Origin: an uncultured Acidobacteriota bacterium
GTDB taxonomy: Bacteria; Acidobacteriota; UBA6911; RPQK01
DNA: 64,000 bases
Direction: 5' to 3'
Assembly (NCBI GenBank): GCA_964421755.1
Contig: CAYQYP010000368.1
Location: 39,352 to 103,351, forward strand
The position numbers and the translations under genes were made by a program. Positions within the stretch are counted from its first letter, which is position 1, and each line of letters starts with the position of its first letter. The notes below the pieces were generated by a model. It did not search any database and was not told the origin of the DNA. It saw only the letters and a program-made list of their open reading frames with translations. This document shows positions 18,392 through 28,358 of this stretch, in pieces.

Positions 18392-19722
18392 CGAGCAACG
18401 TTTCCAACAAGGTCGTAGTCAAAGACCTCCGTGATCAGAACTTCGCGAATCTGGCCCGATTCCACGCCATCATTGATCCCGTCGTTCAGATAGACAACAC
18501 CGTCGATGTCGGGCGCCTGCGTGGACAATCGCCCCTGCCAGAGCAGGTCACTCTCAGCTGACGGACCTTCGATGAGCACCGGGTGCTTCTGACGGACGAG
18601 TTGTCGGTTGCTCCGTCGGGAGATCCGGGCTTGCAGTTTCATCAGTCGGTCTCGTCTCTCGTCTTTTAGCTCTTCCGGAACCTTATCGTCCAAATCGTTG
18701 GCGCCGGACCCTTCCTCGTCAGAATAGGAGAAGACGCCAAGCCGATCAAACTGTACGTTTGAAACGAAATCGAGCAGTTCCCGATAGTCTTCTTCGGCCT
18801 CGCCCGGGAAGCCGACGATCATGGTAGTACGAATTGCGACCGCCGGGATAGCGGCTCTTATGCGCCCCACCAGTTTCTCGAGCGACATCCGGTTGCCGCC
18901 GCGTTTCATCCGTTTAAGAACACGTGAAGACACGTGCTGAAGCGGTATGTCGATGTACTTACAGGCGGTCGGCGTTTCCGCGATCGCCCTGAGGAGCTCG
19001 GGGTACAGGGTATTCGGATACGTGTACAGCGACCGGATCCAAGGCAGCCCCTCGATCTTGCCCAATTCCCTGATCAGCTGGGCCAAACCCTGACGATTGC
19101 CCAGGTCCCACCCGTACATCGTCGTGTCCTGACCAATCAGGTTCAACTCTCGCACTCCTCCTGCGACGAGGCGCCGAGCCTCAGCGAGGATTGACTCCAT
19201 TGTCCGGCTGCGGAATCGACCGCGCATCGTGGGAATGACGCAGAAAGTGCAGGGATGATCACACCCTTCGGCGATCTTGAGATAGGCGGAGTAGGAAGGG
19301 GTTGTCAGAAGCCTCGGGTCGGAGTCGGTGTACAGGTAAGGCGCCTGGCCGTTGACCGGAATCTCCCGAACCAACTGATCCGAACAGACGTCGAGGATTT
19401 GCGGAATCTGGTTGGTGCCGATCACCGCATCCACTTCCGGAATCTGCTCCAGGATCTCGCGTCGGTACCGCTCGACCAGGCATCCGGCGACTACCAGGCG
19501 TCGGCAGTTGCCCGAGACTTTCTGCTCGGCCATCTCGAGAATGGTGTCGATCGACTCCTGCTTGGCGCTTTCAATGAACCCGCAGGTGTTCACGACGATA
19601 ATCTCGGCCTCCGATTGGGTCGCCGTTATTTCGTGCCCGTGTCTTGTCAGGAGTCCAAGCATCACCTCGCTATCGACGAGGTTCTTCGGACACCCAAGGC
19701 TGACAAAACCGATCTTGGCCAT
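18388..19722 (-). CDS. rimO: Ribosomal protein S12 methylthiotransferase
   Basis: [12 protein letters not shown], radical [12 protein letters not shown]-terminal TRAM with APDIDG. Confidence 0.96.
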   Translation of the reverse strand: MAKIGFVSLGCPKNLVDSEVMLGLLTRHGHEITATQSEAEIIVVNTCGFIESAKQESIDTILEMAEQKVSGNCRRLVVAGCLVERYRREILEQIPEVDAVIGTNQIPQILDVCSDQLVREIPVNGQAPYLYTDSDPRLLTTPSYSAYLKIAEGCDHPCTFCVIPTMRGRFRSRTMESILAEARRLVAGGVRELNLIGQDTTMYGWDLGNRQGLAQLIRELGKIEGLPWIRSLYTYPNTLYPELLRAIAETPTACKYIDIPLQHVSSRVLKRMKRGGNRMSLEKLVGRIRAAIPAVAIRTTMIVGFPGEAEEDYRELLDFVSNVQFDRLGVFSYSDEEGSGANDLDDKVPEELKDERRDRLMKLQARISRRSNRQLVRQKHPVLIEGPSAESDLLWQGRLSTQAPDIDGVVYLNDGINDGVESGQIREVLITEVFDYDLVGNVAR

Positions 19723-19823
19723 AAACGCTCATTATACAGGACACAATAGGTCCGACTTCCAAGTGAGGACTGACGTGGTTTTCTGCGCACTCTCCGAGAC
19801 GCGCAGCTTTGGGGCGTTACCCA

Positions 19824-19950
19824 GCCAACCGGGCCATAAAGCGGCGGATTCTGAACCGCGAATCCGCCCTACGACTGAGTGCTTCCGCACGGTGAGCGGT
19901 CGTAGGGCGGATTCGCGGTTCAGAATCCGCCGCTTTATGGCCCGGTTGGC
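19824..19950. repeat. REPIN-like element: perfect 52-bp inverted repeats around a 23-nt spacer
   Basis: Arms 19824-19875 and 19899-19950 are exact reverse complements; each carries GTAG-GGCGGATTC...GAATCCGCC. Confidence 0.92.
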
Positions 19951-19978
19951 GAGATTGTTCGAGCGCGACTGTGGCCCC

Positions 19979-22096
19979 CTACCCCGCGCTTGCTCTTCTG
20001 ATCTGGCTGAGCACGGAGCGGATCGCCGAAACATCCGCGCTCCGGAGAGGCACGTTGCCGAAGCGGTTTCGGTAGTACGTTTCGGTGAGATCGATGGCAG
20101 GTTCGGCCAGTGTGGCGGGAGTGAGTCGAACCGCGAATTCTCTAGGCGTCTCCGCGAGGTTCTTGATATGTCCCTTCTTGCGTAGGATCTCCAGCATCTC
20201 GAGGTAATAATCCGGAGCCAACTGATCCGATGAACGCCTCAGTATGTCCTTCCGGATCAAGAGCCGTATGAACCTGCGATATCGATAGGCAACGAATCCG
20301 ACAACTATCGGGGACAGGAGCCAGAGCCATGACAAGGTCACTGACTTTCGCAAATTCCCGAGCCACAGATAGACGGCCGTCTTCGCGTGATGGATTTGCC
20401 GGCTGATTCCGAAGCCGCCCTCCCAGCGTTCGGTCAGCCAGAGCCCGAACGAATGGAACAGGGTTATCTGCCGCATCCGGTCGAAGCTCATCAACTCCGT
20501 CCAGAACGTATCCAAGGCATCCAGCCACTCGCTGCTGATTCTCGCGATCAGGTAAGGACTCGGAGGCCGACCCGACGGCGTTGGGTCAAATTCGATCCAA
20601 CCCGCTCGGCCGAAGTAACCCTCCACCCAGCTGTGGGCATCCGACTGCCTGACCACAAAATGCCCACTCCAGTTGTTGTATTCGCCCTGCCTGAAGCCAT
20701 TGACCAGCCGGCATGGAATACCGAGGCTGCGCATCAGCACAGCCTGCGCGGTAGCGAAATACTCGCAATGGCCGGACTTGTGGACGAACAGGAAGTCATG
20801 GAGTGGATTTTGTCCTCCACCAGCCTTGTTGCTGAGATCGTAGGTATAGTTGCGCTTCAAATACCTCTCAATCGCCAAAGCCGCATCCAGCGGGCTTCGT
20901 GTGCCGACCGTAATGGTTTCGGCCAATCGCGCAATACCGGGTGCGAGAGCAGGTTTTTGGAGGAATCGAGGCAGAATCTCCCGATCAACCGGGATCACGC
21001 CCTGATTGGACAGGTCGACTGTCTGCAGCCTGGCCCGGAGCACTCTGTCACGGCGACTCGAGACATCCGAGTAAACCGTGTAAATAACCCGACCGGAGGG
21101 GTGGGGCAGAAAATAGAAGCAGTCGTTGGCGTCCGGCACCACGACGCCCCGGTGCCCGCCCCCTCGCGTGTACGTAATCATGTTCGGAGCTGCGAAAATC
21201 AGATTCGTAAAAGGCTCGACATAGAACTCCTGCCTGACCAGAAACTCGTCGGGCCGTCGGCTCCTCGGTACAAGAAATCCGCTAGACGTTCCTTGATGAA
21301 GCATTTCCTGCCGGTGCCGGAGGCTGTTTACCCACGTCTTGCCGTCGAAGTGATCCAGACCAACGCCTCGCCATTTGACCTCGGCCGGGAAAAGCTCCAG
21401 GTCGACGTCGACCTTGACGCGCATGACCATCCGGCTGTCGGAGAGAATCGGTCCCATTTCCCCTAGACTCACGCGGTTCGAGAATCCGGTGAGGCTGGAC
21501 ATCCCTCGTCCGTTGGTCGCCAGAAAACCGAAAGGTGTCCTGGGGATGACGATGAAAAGCGGAATCGACAGGAGGACGATCAATCCGGTCACCAGCCCGG
21601 CCATCTGCAGATACGCCCCGTGCGAAAAGGGTATCTTTCGGTTTTCCAGGTGCGCCTTCCTCGTTTCGTGGAGCATGAAGGTCAAGATTGCGCAGAAAAG
21701 GTAAACACCCAGACCGACGACGAAGAAGATGGACAGCGTGTAGCTCGAGGCAAGCAGGACGTAGACGAACGAAATCAGATAGAGAATCAGATAATCCCGG
21801 CCGGTTTTCAGGCTGAACAGCTTGACGAGACTTACCAGCAGCAGAAGGTGAATTAGGGAATCCATCAGACTGGTCACGAGAACCGAGTCGACCAGCAGCC
21901 AGACCATCAAAGCGAGCACCACCACCAGCTGAAACCGCCCCGCCAGGAACCTTAGCTGGTATCTCCAACTGATTGCTGTAGCGCCAAGATAGACAGAGGC
22001 CAGGGCGATGGAGATCCCCCCTGAAAAAACCAGCGTCAGGAAGGAAACGATCAGGAGCAGGTAACTGTAAAACTTAAATGCCCCGTCACACGTCAT
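19979..22096 (-). CDS. TgpA-like membrane transglutaminase-domain protein (DUF3488 + TGase)
   Basis: N-terminal TM helices; GHCEYFA, DAHSWVE, WIEFDPTP (Cys-His-Asp triad). Confidence 0.9.
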   Translation of the reverse strand: MTCDGAFKFYSYLLLIVSFLTLVFSGGISIALASVYLGATAISWRYQLRFLAGRFQLVVVLALMVWLLVDSVLVTSLMDSLIHLLLLVSLVKLFSLKTGRDYLILYLISFVYVLLASSYTLSIFFVVGLGVYLFCAILTFMLHETRKAHLENRKIPFSHGAYLQMAGLVTGLIVLLSIPLFIVIPRTPFGFLATNGRGMSSLTGFSNRVSLGEMGPILSDSRMVMRVKVDVDLELFPAEVKWRGVGLDHFDGKTWVNSLRHRQEMLHQGTSSGFLVPRSRRPDEFLVRQEFYVEPFTNLIFAAPNMITYTRGGGHRGVVVPDANDCFYFLPHPSGRVIYTVYSDVSSRRDRVLRARLQTVDLSNQGVIPVDREILPRFLQKPALAPGIARLAETITVGTRSPLDAALAIERYLKRNYTYDLSNKAGGGQNPLHDFLFVHKSGHCEYFATAQAVLMRSLGIPCRLVNGFRQGEYNNWSGHFVVRQSDAHSWVEGYFGRAGWIEFDPTPSGRPPSPYLIARISSEWLDALDTFWTELMSFDRMRQITLFHSFGLWLTERWEGGFGISRQIHHAKTAVYLWLGNLRKSVTLSWLWLLSPIVVGFVAYRYRRFIRLLIRKDILRRSSDQLAPDYYLEMLEILRKKGHIKNLAETPREFAVRLTPATLAEPAIDLTETYYRNRFGNVPLRSADVSAIRSVLSQIRRASAG

Positions 22097-22115
22097 ACCG
22101 GCGTTTCGTCCACGA

Positions 22116-23402
22116 CTAAAGTCTCAGATAATCGACAACCTCGTTGGCGGGCCCGGCGCCCTGAATGCCGGCGCCCACGAGCAACGAGTACGGAGGCAAA
22201 TCGTCGAGCACCAGATCGCACTGGTCGGTCGGCTGCACGGTTGCCAGTTGCTCCATCAGAGCCCGATAGCTTTCAGGTGCCCCGTTTACCGTAATCGAAA
22301 ACTCGCCACTCTTCACCGTAAACCGCTGGCCATTCTCGCGCAGCGTATGACAAAGCGTCGCGATGTACGAGACGCCTTTCTCAAATGCGGCCGTGGTTTC
22401 AGGCGTACGCACCGGCAGGTAGCGGGAGAAGACGAGGTTCAGCGTCTGGTCTTCTTCGGCCGCCAGATCCTTGACCATCAGCTTGGACGTCTTGGCGGTC
22501 GACTTCCAATGTACGAAGCGGGCGTTGTCGCCGGCCGCGTAGCCGCGAATATTGTACAAACCTCCTCCCTGACCCCGGACAAATTTCTCGACCAGACTTT
22601 GTGTTTGTGGATAACGAGAGGAAAGCGCGCTGACCTCCGAGAGAGCGGGATAGATCACGATGTTTCCAGACGCGGTGATCCTCCGGCCCCGGAGGAAGAA
22701 GCCAAACGGAAAGGTAGTTTTTGCTTCGAACCCGTCCACGGGATAAAGGCCGCGTTTTTTGAACGCGCACTTGAGAATCAGGCTCAGTCTTTCCCCGGCT
22801 CTCACGAACGGAAACTCTTGTTCCTGTGCAAAGAAGTCTGTCGCCTCTTCCACCGGAGAAGCTTCACCGGGGGATCCCGATGTCTGGCCGCGACCTTTCA
22901 GCCGGATACCAAACGAGGGGAACCATCTCTTCATATTGTGCAGCGTCAAGAGGAAAACAGCCGTCTGCCCCGCGTGAATGGACTCTGGAGCTTTTAGACT
23001 CACGTGCAGGTTCTGAAGAACCAGGTTTGCCACAATGCCCGAAACGATCAGAGACGCCAGCAGCGCAGCCAGAATCAGGATCAGCAGGTTGTTTCCGGTA
23101 TTCAGAGCGGAAAACGCCAGGATAAAGATGATGAGGATGAAAAGCGCGCCCCGACGGGTGAACCTGAAGTAATACATGCGGGTCAGGAAATCGAGCTTCA
23201 GGCGCAGGACCAGCCTCGGAATCAGGAGCGCACTAACCAGTATCAGCAAGACCAGAGAGATCACGGACAGAAAAATGGCAGCGTAATATTCCCCCTGAGC
23301 GCGGGCGACCGAGCCAAACAGAGCAAGCACCCCGGCGACAACAAGCGAGATGGTGCTCCACACCAGCCTCTTCGCGTCAGGGGATTTCAGAAACCTCGGC
23401 AT
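22116..23402 (-). CDS. DUF58-domain membrane protein
   Basis: NTGNNLL, IRGY..GD..R.VHWKSTAK..KLMVK; lies between moxR and the TGase gene. Confidence 0.88.
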   Translation of the reverse strand: MPRFLKSPDAKRLVWSTISLVVAGVLALFGSVARAQGEYYAAIFLSVISLVLLILVSALLIPRLVLRLKLDFLTRMYYFRFTRRGALFILIIFILAFSALNTGNNLLILILAALLASLIVSGIVANLVLQNLHVSLKAPESIHAGQTAVFLLTLHNMKRWFPSFGIRLKGRGQTSGSPGEASPVEEATDFFAQEQEFPFVRAGERLSLILKCAFKKRGLYPVDGFEAKTTFPFGFFLRGRRITASGNIVIYPALSEVSALSSRYPQTQSLVEKFVRGQGGGLYNIRGYAAGDNARFVHWKSTAKTSKLMVKDLAAEEDQTLNLVFSRYLPVRTPETTAAFEKGVSYIATLCHTLRENGQRFTVKSGEFSITVNGAPESYRALMEQLATVQPTDQCDLVLDDLPPYSLLVGAGIQGAGPANEVVDYLRL

Positions 23403-23404
23403 GA

Positions 23405-24370
23405 CTATAGGGGGATTTCCACCTGCTCCATCAGGGCCTGGACCACTGCCTCCGCTTCCTGGGTTCGTGACAGTGGAGACGAGTATTTGCTGCTCACCAT
23501 GATCCGATGCGAAAAAACTGGAATGACGAGGCGCTTGACATCGTCCGGCACACAATAGTCCCGCCCCTGAAGGAATGCGAGCGCCTGCGCAGCACGATAG
23601 AGCGACATCGTGCCCCTCGGGCTGACGCCTACGGTTATCAAGTCCGAGGACCGGGTCGCCTGCGCGAGCGTCATGATGTAATCCAGCAGATCTTCGTGGA
23701 CGGAAACTGCGTCGATCGACTTCTGAGCCCTGAGGATGTCCTCGGCCGTCACTGCCGGTTGCAGGTGATCCGCCGCCTCGTAGCTGATTTGCGAGCGGAT
23801 GATCTGCTTTTCGTCCTCTTTCTTCGGGTAACCCATCCGGATTCTCATCAGGAACCGGTCGAGCTGCGATTCGGGAAGCGGATAAGTGCCATGGTGTTCG
23901 ACCGGGTTCTGCGTGGCGACAACGACGAAGGGCGCCGGAAGAGGGTAGCTCTGATCCTCGACTGTCACCTTCCCTTCGCTCATCGCTTCCAGCAACGCAC
24001 TCTGGGTCTTGGGGGTCGTGCGATTGATCTCGTCGGCCAGCACCACGTTGGCAAACAAGGGCCCTTTTCGGAATTCGAACCGTTGCGCCGCCTGATTGAA
24101 AATCGAGACGCCGGTCAGATCGGAAGGCAGAAGGTCGCTGGTGAACTGGATCCTCTGAAAACTGCAGTCGAACGACCGCGCCAACGCGTGGGCCAGTGTA
24201 GTTTTCCCTACTCCGGGAACGTCTTCGATCAGGAGATGGCCACGGGCCAGAAGGGCCACGATCGCCAATTCGATGACATCGGGCTTGCCTTTGATGACCT
24301 GCTCGACCGAGTCCTTGAGAGACCGCACTCTTGTTTCAAACTGCGTGGCTGTTTCCACGGTCTGTATCAT
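23405..24370 (-). CDS. moxR: MoxR-family AAA+ ATPase
   Basis: HLLIEDVPGVGKT, RIQFTSDLLPSD, LADEINR, ATQNP.E..GTYPLPESQLDRF. Confidence 0.95.
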   Translation of the reverse strand: MIQTVETATQFETRVRSLKDSVEQVIKGKPDVIELAIVALLARGHLLIEDVPGVGKTTLAHALARSFDCSFQRIQFTSDLLPSDLTGVSIFNQAAQRFEFRKGPLFANVVLADEINRTTPKTQSALLEAMSEGKVTVEDQSYPLPAPFVVVATQNPVEHHGTYPLPESQLDRFLMRIRMGYPKKEDEKQIIRSQISYEAADHLQPAVTAEDILRAQKSIDAVSVHEDLLDYIMTLAQATRSSDLITVGVSPRGTMSLYRAAQALAFLQGRDYCVPDDVKRLVIPVFSHRIMVSSKYSSPLSRTQEAEAVVQALMEQVEIPL

Positions 24371-24603
24371 ACCGTGTTTACCGCGACCGGCGAAAGACAC
24401 GGCGGGGGGAGAGCAGCGGGGAGGCAATCAGTCCACGTAAGAAACCATTGGGGAACCGATTTTCCGTATGACATCGGCATGACGGCGCAACTTGTCGCTA
24501 GCGGGACAGGCCCCACCTCCGGCATTGTCGAAAGGCACGGTAGTAGAACGACGGCATCCGTCGGATCGAGGAACAGTCGCAGTGTAAGGAGGAGAGTCCG
24601 GAC

Positions 24604-27579
24604 ATGACCACGTTTCGCAGACTCATTACGCCGCTCAGCTGGTTAGTGCCGCTGGTCGCCCTGTCGGTTTGCAGTCTGTTCTTTTTCACCGGCGCATCCC
24701 GGGAGCCGAAGAGGTCCGTGGCGGACTGGCTAATCGAAAATCAAGTGATCTCTGCCGCCGAAGCGCAAGCGGCTGTCCTGACACTGCCCGGAGGCTGGAG
24801 AGTCCCGCTGACGTCCATCTCACGCCCTGTGCTTCCAGCGGTCCTGCCGCCAAACGTTTCGGCCGCCGGGAACACCGGGCGCCCCATCATCTTTCCTCAT
24901 TTCGGCGATGGCGCGATGGGCGGGGGACTCGCCATGAGCACGACCCTCTTCCTGGCCAACGACCTCGCAACTGCGGTCAATGCCCAGATTCGATTCTTTG
25001 GGAATGACGGGAGCCCCCTGAGTTTATCCTTGGATGGCACCGCAGGCAGCACGTTTGCGGTCGCACTCAACCCGCGCGAGATGAAACGGCTGAAGACGTC
25101 GGGTTCGGGTGCCGTCAAATCGGGCTGGATCCGAATCGACGCCGACCAGCCACTGAGCGCGACCATCAGCTTCGGAATTTCGCAATCCAACGGGTCCCTG
25201 GTTACCGACCTGGGCATCGCGGAATCGATCCCAGGAACGAATTTCACGCTTTTCGCCGACACCATCGGAGCAGCGAACACGGGAATCGGGGTGGTTAACC
25301 CGAGCGAGTCGCAGGCCCTCACCCTGCACTTGGAGTTGCGCCGCGCTAACGGGGCACTGGTCGGCAGCACCGACATCAACCTTCCTCCCAGAGCCCACAT
25401 GGCCTCGTTCTTGAACGAGATTTTCCAGGGAGTCGTCGGCATAGGGGAGTTCGAAGGATCGATGGTCATCACGTCGGCTCAGCCGTTCGCCGGGGTGACT
25501 CTCAGGACGCTGGCGGACCAGCTCACCTCCGTCCCGCTGGTGTCTCCGGCACCGGCGGACAGTACCCGGACTAACCTGGCACTCAGTCACGTGGGCAACG
25601 GCTCGGCGGGCGGCATCCAGTTAAGGACGACCGTCCTTCTGATCAACAACACGGACCAGGCCACGACCGGCACCGTAGATTTCCTCCTTTCCGACGGGAA
25701 CCCGATGTCCGTCAAGATCGGCAACACCACGGCAAGCTCGTTTCCCTTCAACCTTCCGCCCCGTGCGGTCTCGCGGCTCGTGACAAGCGGCGAGGGAACG
25801 CTTGTGGCCGGCTGGGCGCGAGTGTCGATGGACCAGCCGATATCGGGGTCCGGGATCTTCCACATGTACAACGCGGCGGGAAGCGTGATCAGCGAAGCGG
25901 GCGTTGAAGCGGCTCCGCTGAAGACGAAGTCTCGTCTCGTCGCGGACACCATGGGGAACGCTAACACCGGGATTGCGCTCGTCAATCCGAACGCCGACGG
26001 CGAAGGCGACATCATGTCTGCCACCGTCCGGCTTTTCCGCAAGACAGGGGAACAGGTCAGCTCAAAGAGCATCGATTTGGAGCCGCTGAAGCACACCGCC
26101 CAGTTCCTGACCGAGATCTTCTCGAACGTTCCGAACATCGGGGAGTTTGAGGGTGTGGTCTGGATAGAGACAGACCTGCCCGCCGCACAAATGAGCTTGC
26201 GACAAGTCGGAGCGACGACCACCTCGATGCCGGTCTGGGCGAGGAAATATGGCTTTGCGCCACATAGCGTTTTGACGGTTGCTCAGAACGTGGCGGGCCA
26301 ACCACCCGCGCTCGAATGGCTCGTCCATCAGAACAGTGAGGATTACAGTATCGAGACCATCACGCTTTCCTGCCCCGATTTCGGGTTCAGCCCGAACAAT
26401 TTCGAGCGGGGCGAGGAGATCGGGCAAGGATACGTTCCAGCCGAGACGAACACCGGCGCCTATTCGCTGGTTGCGACCAAGAACGGCGCCGGCGAATTCG
26501 ACGTCATCGACATCAGTTCTGGGGCGTCCCGATTTGCGACAGGCAAGATCCTGGGCTCCGCTTCTTCGGGGTTCCAGATCCAACTCACGATGCTCCAAGC
26601 TCTGGCTTCAACTTACTCCTGGAGTGCTTCCGATCTCCGATTTTTCATTCACGCGGGACTCATCAATCCCCCCTCTTCAACCAAGACCGTCGCGGTAACG
26701 ACTGATTTCACGTCCGTGTCCGGCAACAAGAACTACGAGGCGCGATATGCCCGGAAAACGACTCACCCCTTGTCTTTCGTCGCACCTGACGTCACGAGGG
26801 CAACGGCCATCCGGCTGGGGTCTCTGTTTCTCTCCCCTCGGGCCACGGGCACGATCTTCGGTTCGAACCTCGGGGCCACTCCCCAGGTCATTTGCCCCGT
26901 GGCCGGCGGCGGGACTGCGGCCGCCGACATCATCGAAGTGGCTGCCGACCGGGTCGACTTCTTCGTTCCGCCAGACATCGCACGGGGAGTCATCCGGGTT
27001 GACAACGGAACGGGACCGGGGAATGCGCTAACCTGCCCGGTTATCTTCGCACCGAGCATGGACGTCCAACCGGCTTCCAAGATAGGCGGGGCCGACACGA
27101 CCTTCACGTTCACGTTCAACCAAGGGTTGGAGGAGTACGCGCTCAGCACCTTCGCGCTGACGCTTCACGGTGTCACAGCCAATCTCGCAGGACTTGCGGC
27201 CGGCACAAAGGTGGGCGGCGGAACGGTGGAGGGACCCGATTCCGCCAGCTTCGATATCAAAGTGGACACGGCCGGCACCGCGACAGTGAACCTGGGTCTG
27301 TACCAATCGGGGGCGACAAATCCCACGGCCACGGTGATCCTATCGAAGGTAACCGGGGGAGTCAGATTCGTGTACTCTCCAGTCGAGGCGCCCACTCTCC
27401 CGGAAATCTACTCCGAGGCAAACGAACTGGAGCTCAACTTCACCGGTATTCCCATCCGGCTGCCGGCAGCGACGAACCGGGTTTCGGCGGTGGCTTTGCT
27501 GCAATCGGGACCAACCGGACCGGGTGGCGCGCAATCTGCGGCGCAGGTCTTGGCCAGACAGACATTCAAGACTGAATAG
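24604..27579 (+). CDS. Large secreted repetitive beta-sandwich protein with an IPT/TIG-like domain
   Basis: AGGAGG RBS, signal peptide, internally duplicated domain pairs (NTGIGVVNP/NTGIALVNP; IGEFEGS/IGEFEGV), and GTIFGSNLG...VDFFVP. Confidence 0.75.
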   Translation: MTTFRRLITPLSWLVPLVALSVCSLFFFTGASREPKRSVADWLIENQVISAAEAQAAVLTLPGGWRVPLTSISRPVLPAVLPPNVSAAGNTGRPIIFPHFGDGAMGGGLAMSTTLFLANDLATAVNAQIRFFGNDGSPLSLSLDGTAGSTFAVALNPREMKRLKTSGSGAVKSGWIRIDADQPLSATISFGISQSNGSLVTDLGIAESIPGTNFTLFADTIGAANTGIGVVNPSESQALTLHLELRRANGALVGSTDINLPPRAHMASFLNEIFQGVVGIGEFEGSMVITSAQPFAGVTLRTLADQLTSVPLVSPAPADSTRTNLALSHVGNGSAGGIQLRTTVLLINNTDQATTGTVDFLLSDGNPMSVKIGNTTASSFPFNLPPRAVSRLVTSGEGTLVAGWARVSMDQPISGSGIFHMYNAAGSVISEAGVEAAPLKTKSRLVADTMGNANTGIALVNPNADGEGDIMSATVRLFRKTGEQVSSKSIDLEPLKHTAQFLTEIFSNVPNIGEFEGVVWIETDLPAAQMSLRQVGATTTSMPVWARKYGFAPHSVLTVAQNVAGQPPALEWLVHQNSEDYSIETITLSCPDFGFSPNNFERGEEIGQGYVPAETNTGAYSLVATKNGAGEFDVIDISSGASRFATGKILGSASSGFQIQLTMLQALASTYSWSASDLRFFIHAGLINPPSSTKTVAVTTDFTSVSGNKNYEARYARKTTHPLSFVAPDVTRATAIRLGSLFLSPRATGTIFGSNLGATPQVICPVAGGGTAAADIIEVAADRVDFFVPPDIARGVIRVDNGTGPGNALTCPVIFAPSMDVQPASKIGGADTTFTFTFNQGLEEYALSTFALTLHGVTANLAGLAAGTKVGGGTVEGPDSASFDIKVDTAGTATVNLGLYQSGATNPTATVILSKVTGGVRFVYSPVEAPTLPEIYSEANELELNFTGIPIRLPAATNRVSAVALLQSGPTGPGGAQSAAQVLARQTFKTE

Positions 27580-27590
27580 AGGGAGCGCAC

Positions 27591-28358
27591 ATGACAAAAG
27601 CAAGACTTCGAAGAATTAGTTCATACAAGCTGTTGTTTCTCATGGTCCTCCTGGCGTTCACAGCGATCGCGGGGTATGACGAAGAGTCCGACGGCTGCTC
27701 GTGCACCGGTGGCAACACCTCGGGCATCATATTCGCTCCTGGAAGCTCAGTAACACTCACCCAGGGCGAGACGGGGACTGTAACCGCTTCGACGGCAAGC
27801 GGGAATTCGGCGGACTGGGACATCGCGGATGGAATCTACCTCGATATCCTCAGCGTCTCGCCCGGCACGGGAACGTCCACGACGATCACCGCAAAGGCTG
27901 CCGCCAATTTCCCGACCTGGCACACGGCAGGGGTCACAACGCAGGTCTCCTATACTCCAATGGCCTTCCCGGTCACGGCCAATGAGCAGACGGGTGACGG
28001 CACGGCCAAGGCGTCCCAAGCCAACTTCTTCGTGAACCTCGTGCCGGCCCAGGTGCGGTTCGATCTGCAAAGAGGCGAGAATTGCGTCGCCGATGCCATA
28101 GAACCAGGCGCCACTGCGAAGATCTACGTTTTCGCGGCTGACAAACCGGGCCAGGAATACACGTTTTCAGCGGCGACAACCGGGGCCAATCCAGGCAGAG
28201 CCTCCGTCGTGGGGGTCGAGCAACTGAGTCCCACGTCCGCCTTCCTGCTGGTCAGGGCGGGCAATACTCCCGGGACATTCCTTGTCAAGCTTTCGGGCAT
28301 GAACTCTGATGGCCTGATTCGCTTTGCCTATCAACGGTTCGAGGTGCTCGGCGGCTAG
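27591..28358 (+). CDS. Secreted Thr/Gly-rich beta-domain protein
   Basis: GAGG RBS, signal peptide, GYDEESDGCSC after the signal; 11 nt downstream of the large secreted gene. Confidence 0.7.
   Translation: MTKARLRRISSYKLLFLMVLLAFTAIAGYDEESDGCSCTGGNTSGIIFAPGSSVTLTQGETGTVTASTASGNSADWDIADGIYLDILSVSPGTGTSTTITAKAAANFPTWHTAGVTTQVSYTPMAFPVTANEQTGDGTAKASQANFFVNLVPAQVRFDLQRGENCVADAIEPGATAKIYVFAADKPGQEYTFSAATTGANPGRASVVGVEQLSPTSAFLLVRAGNTPGTFLVKLSGMNSDGLIRFAYQRFEVLGG

Noticed and set aside
24480-24550. Possible c-di-GMP riboswitch upstream of the large secreted protein (CTTGTC/GACAGG stem and a GAAA tetraloop hairpin)
   Set aside because: Helix order and conserved nucleotides do not match GEMM-I/II by eye; an Infernal/Rfam scan would be needed.
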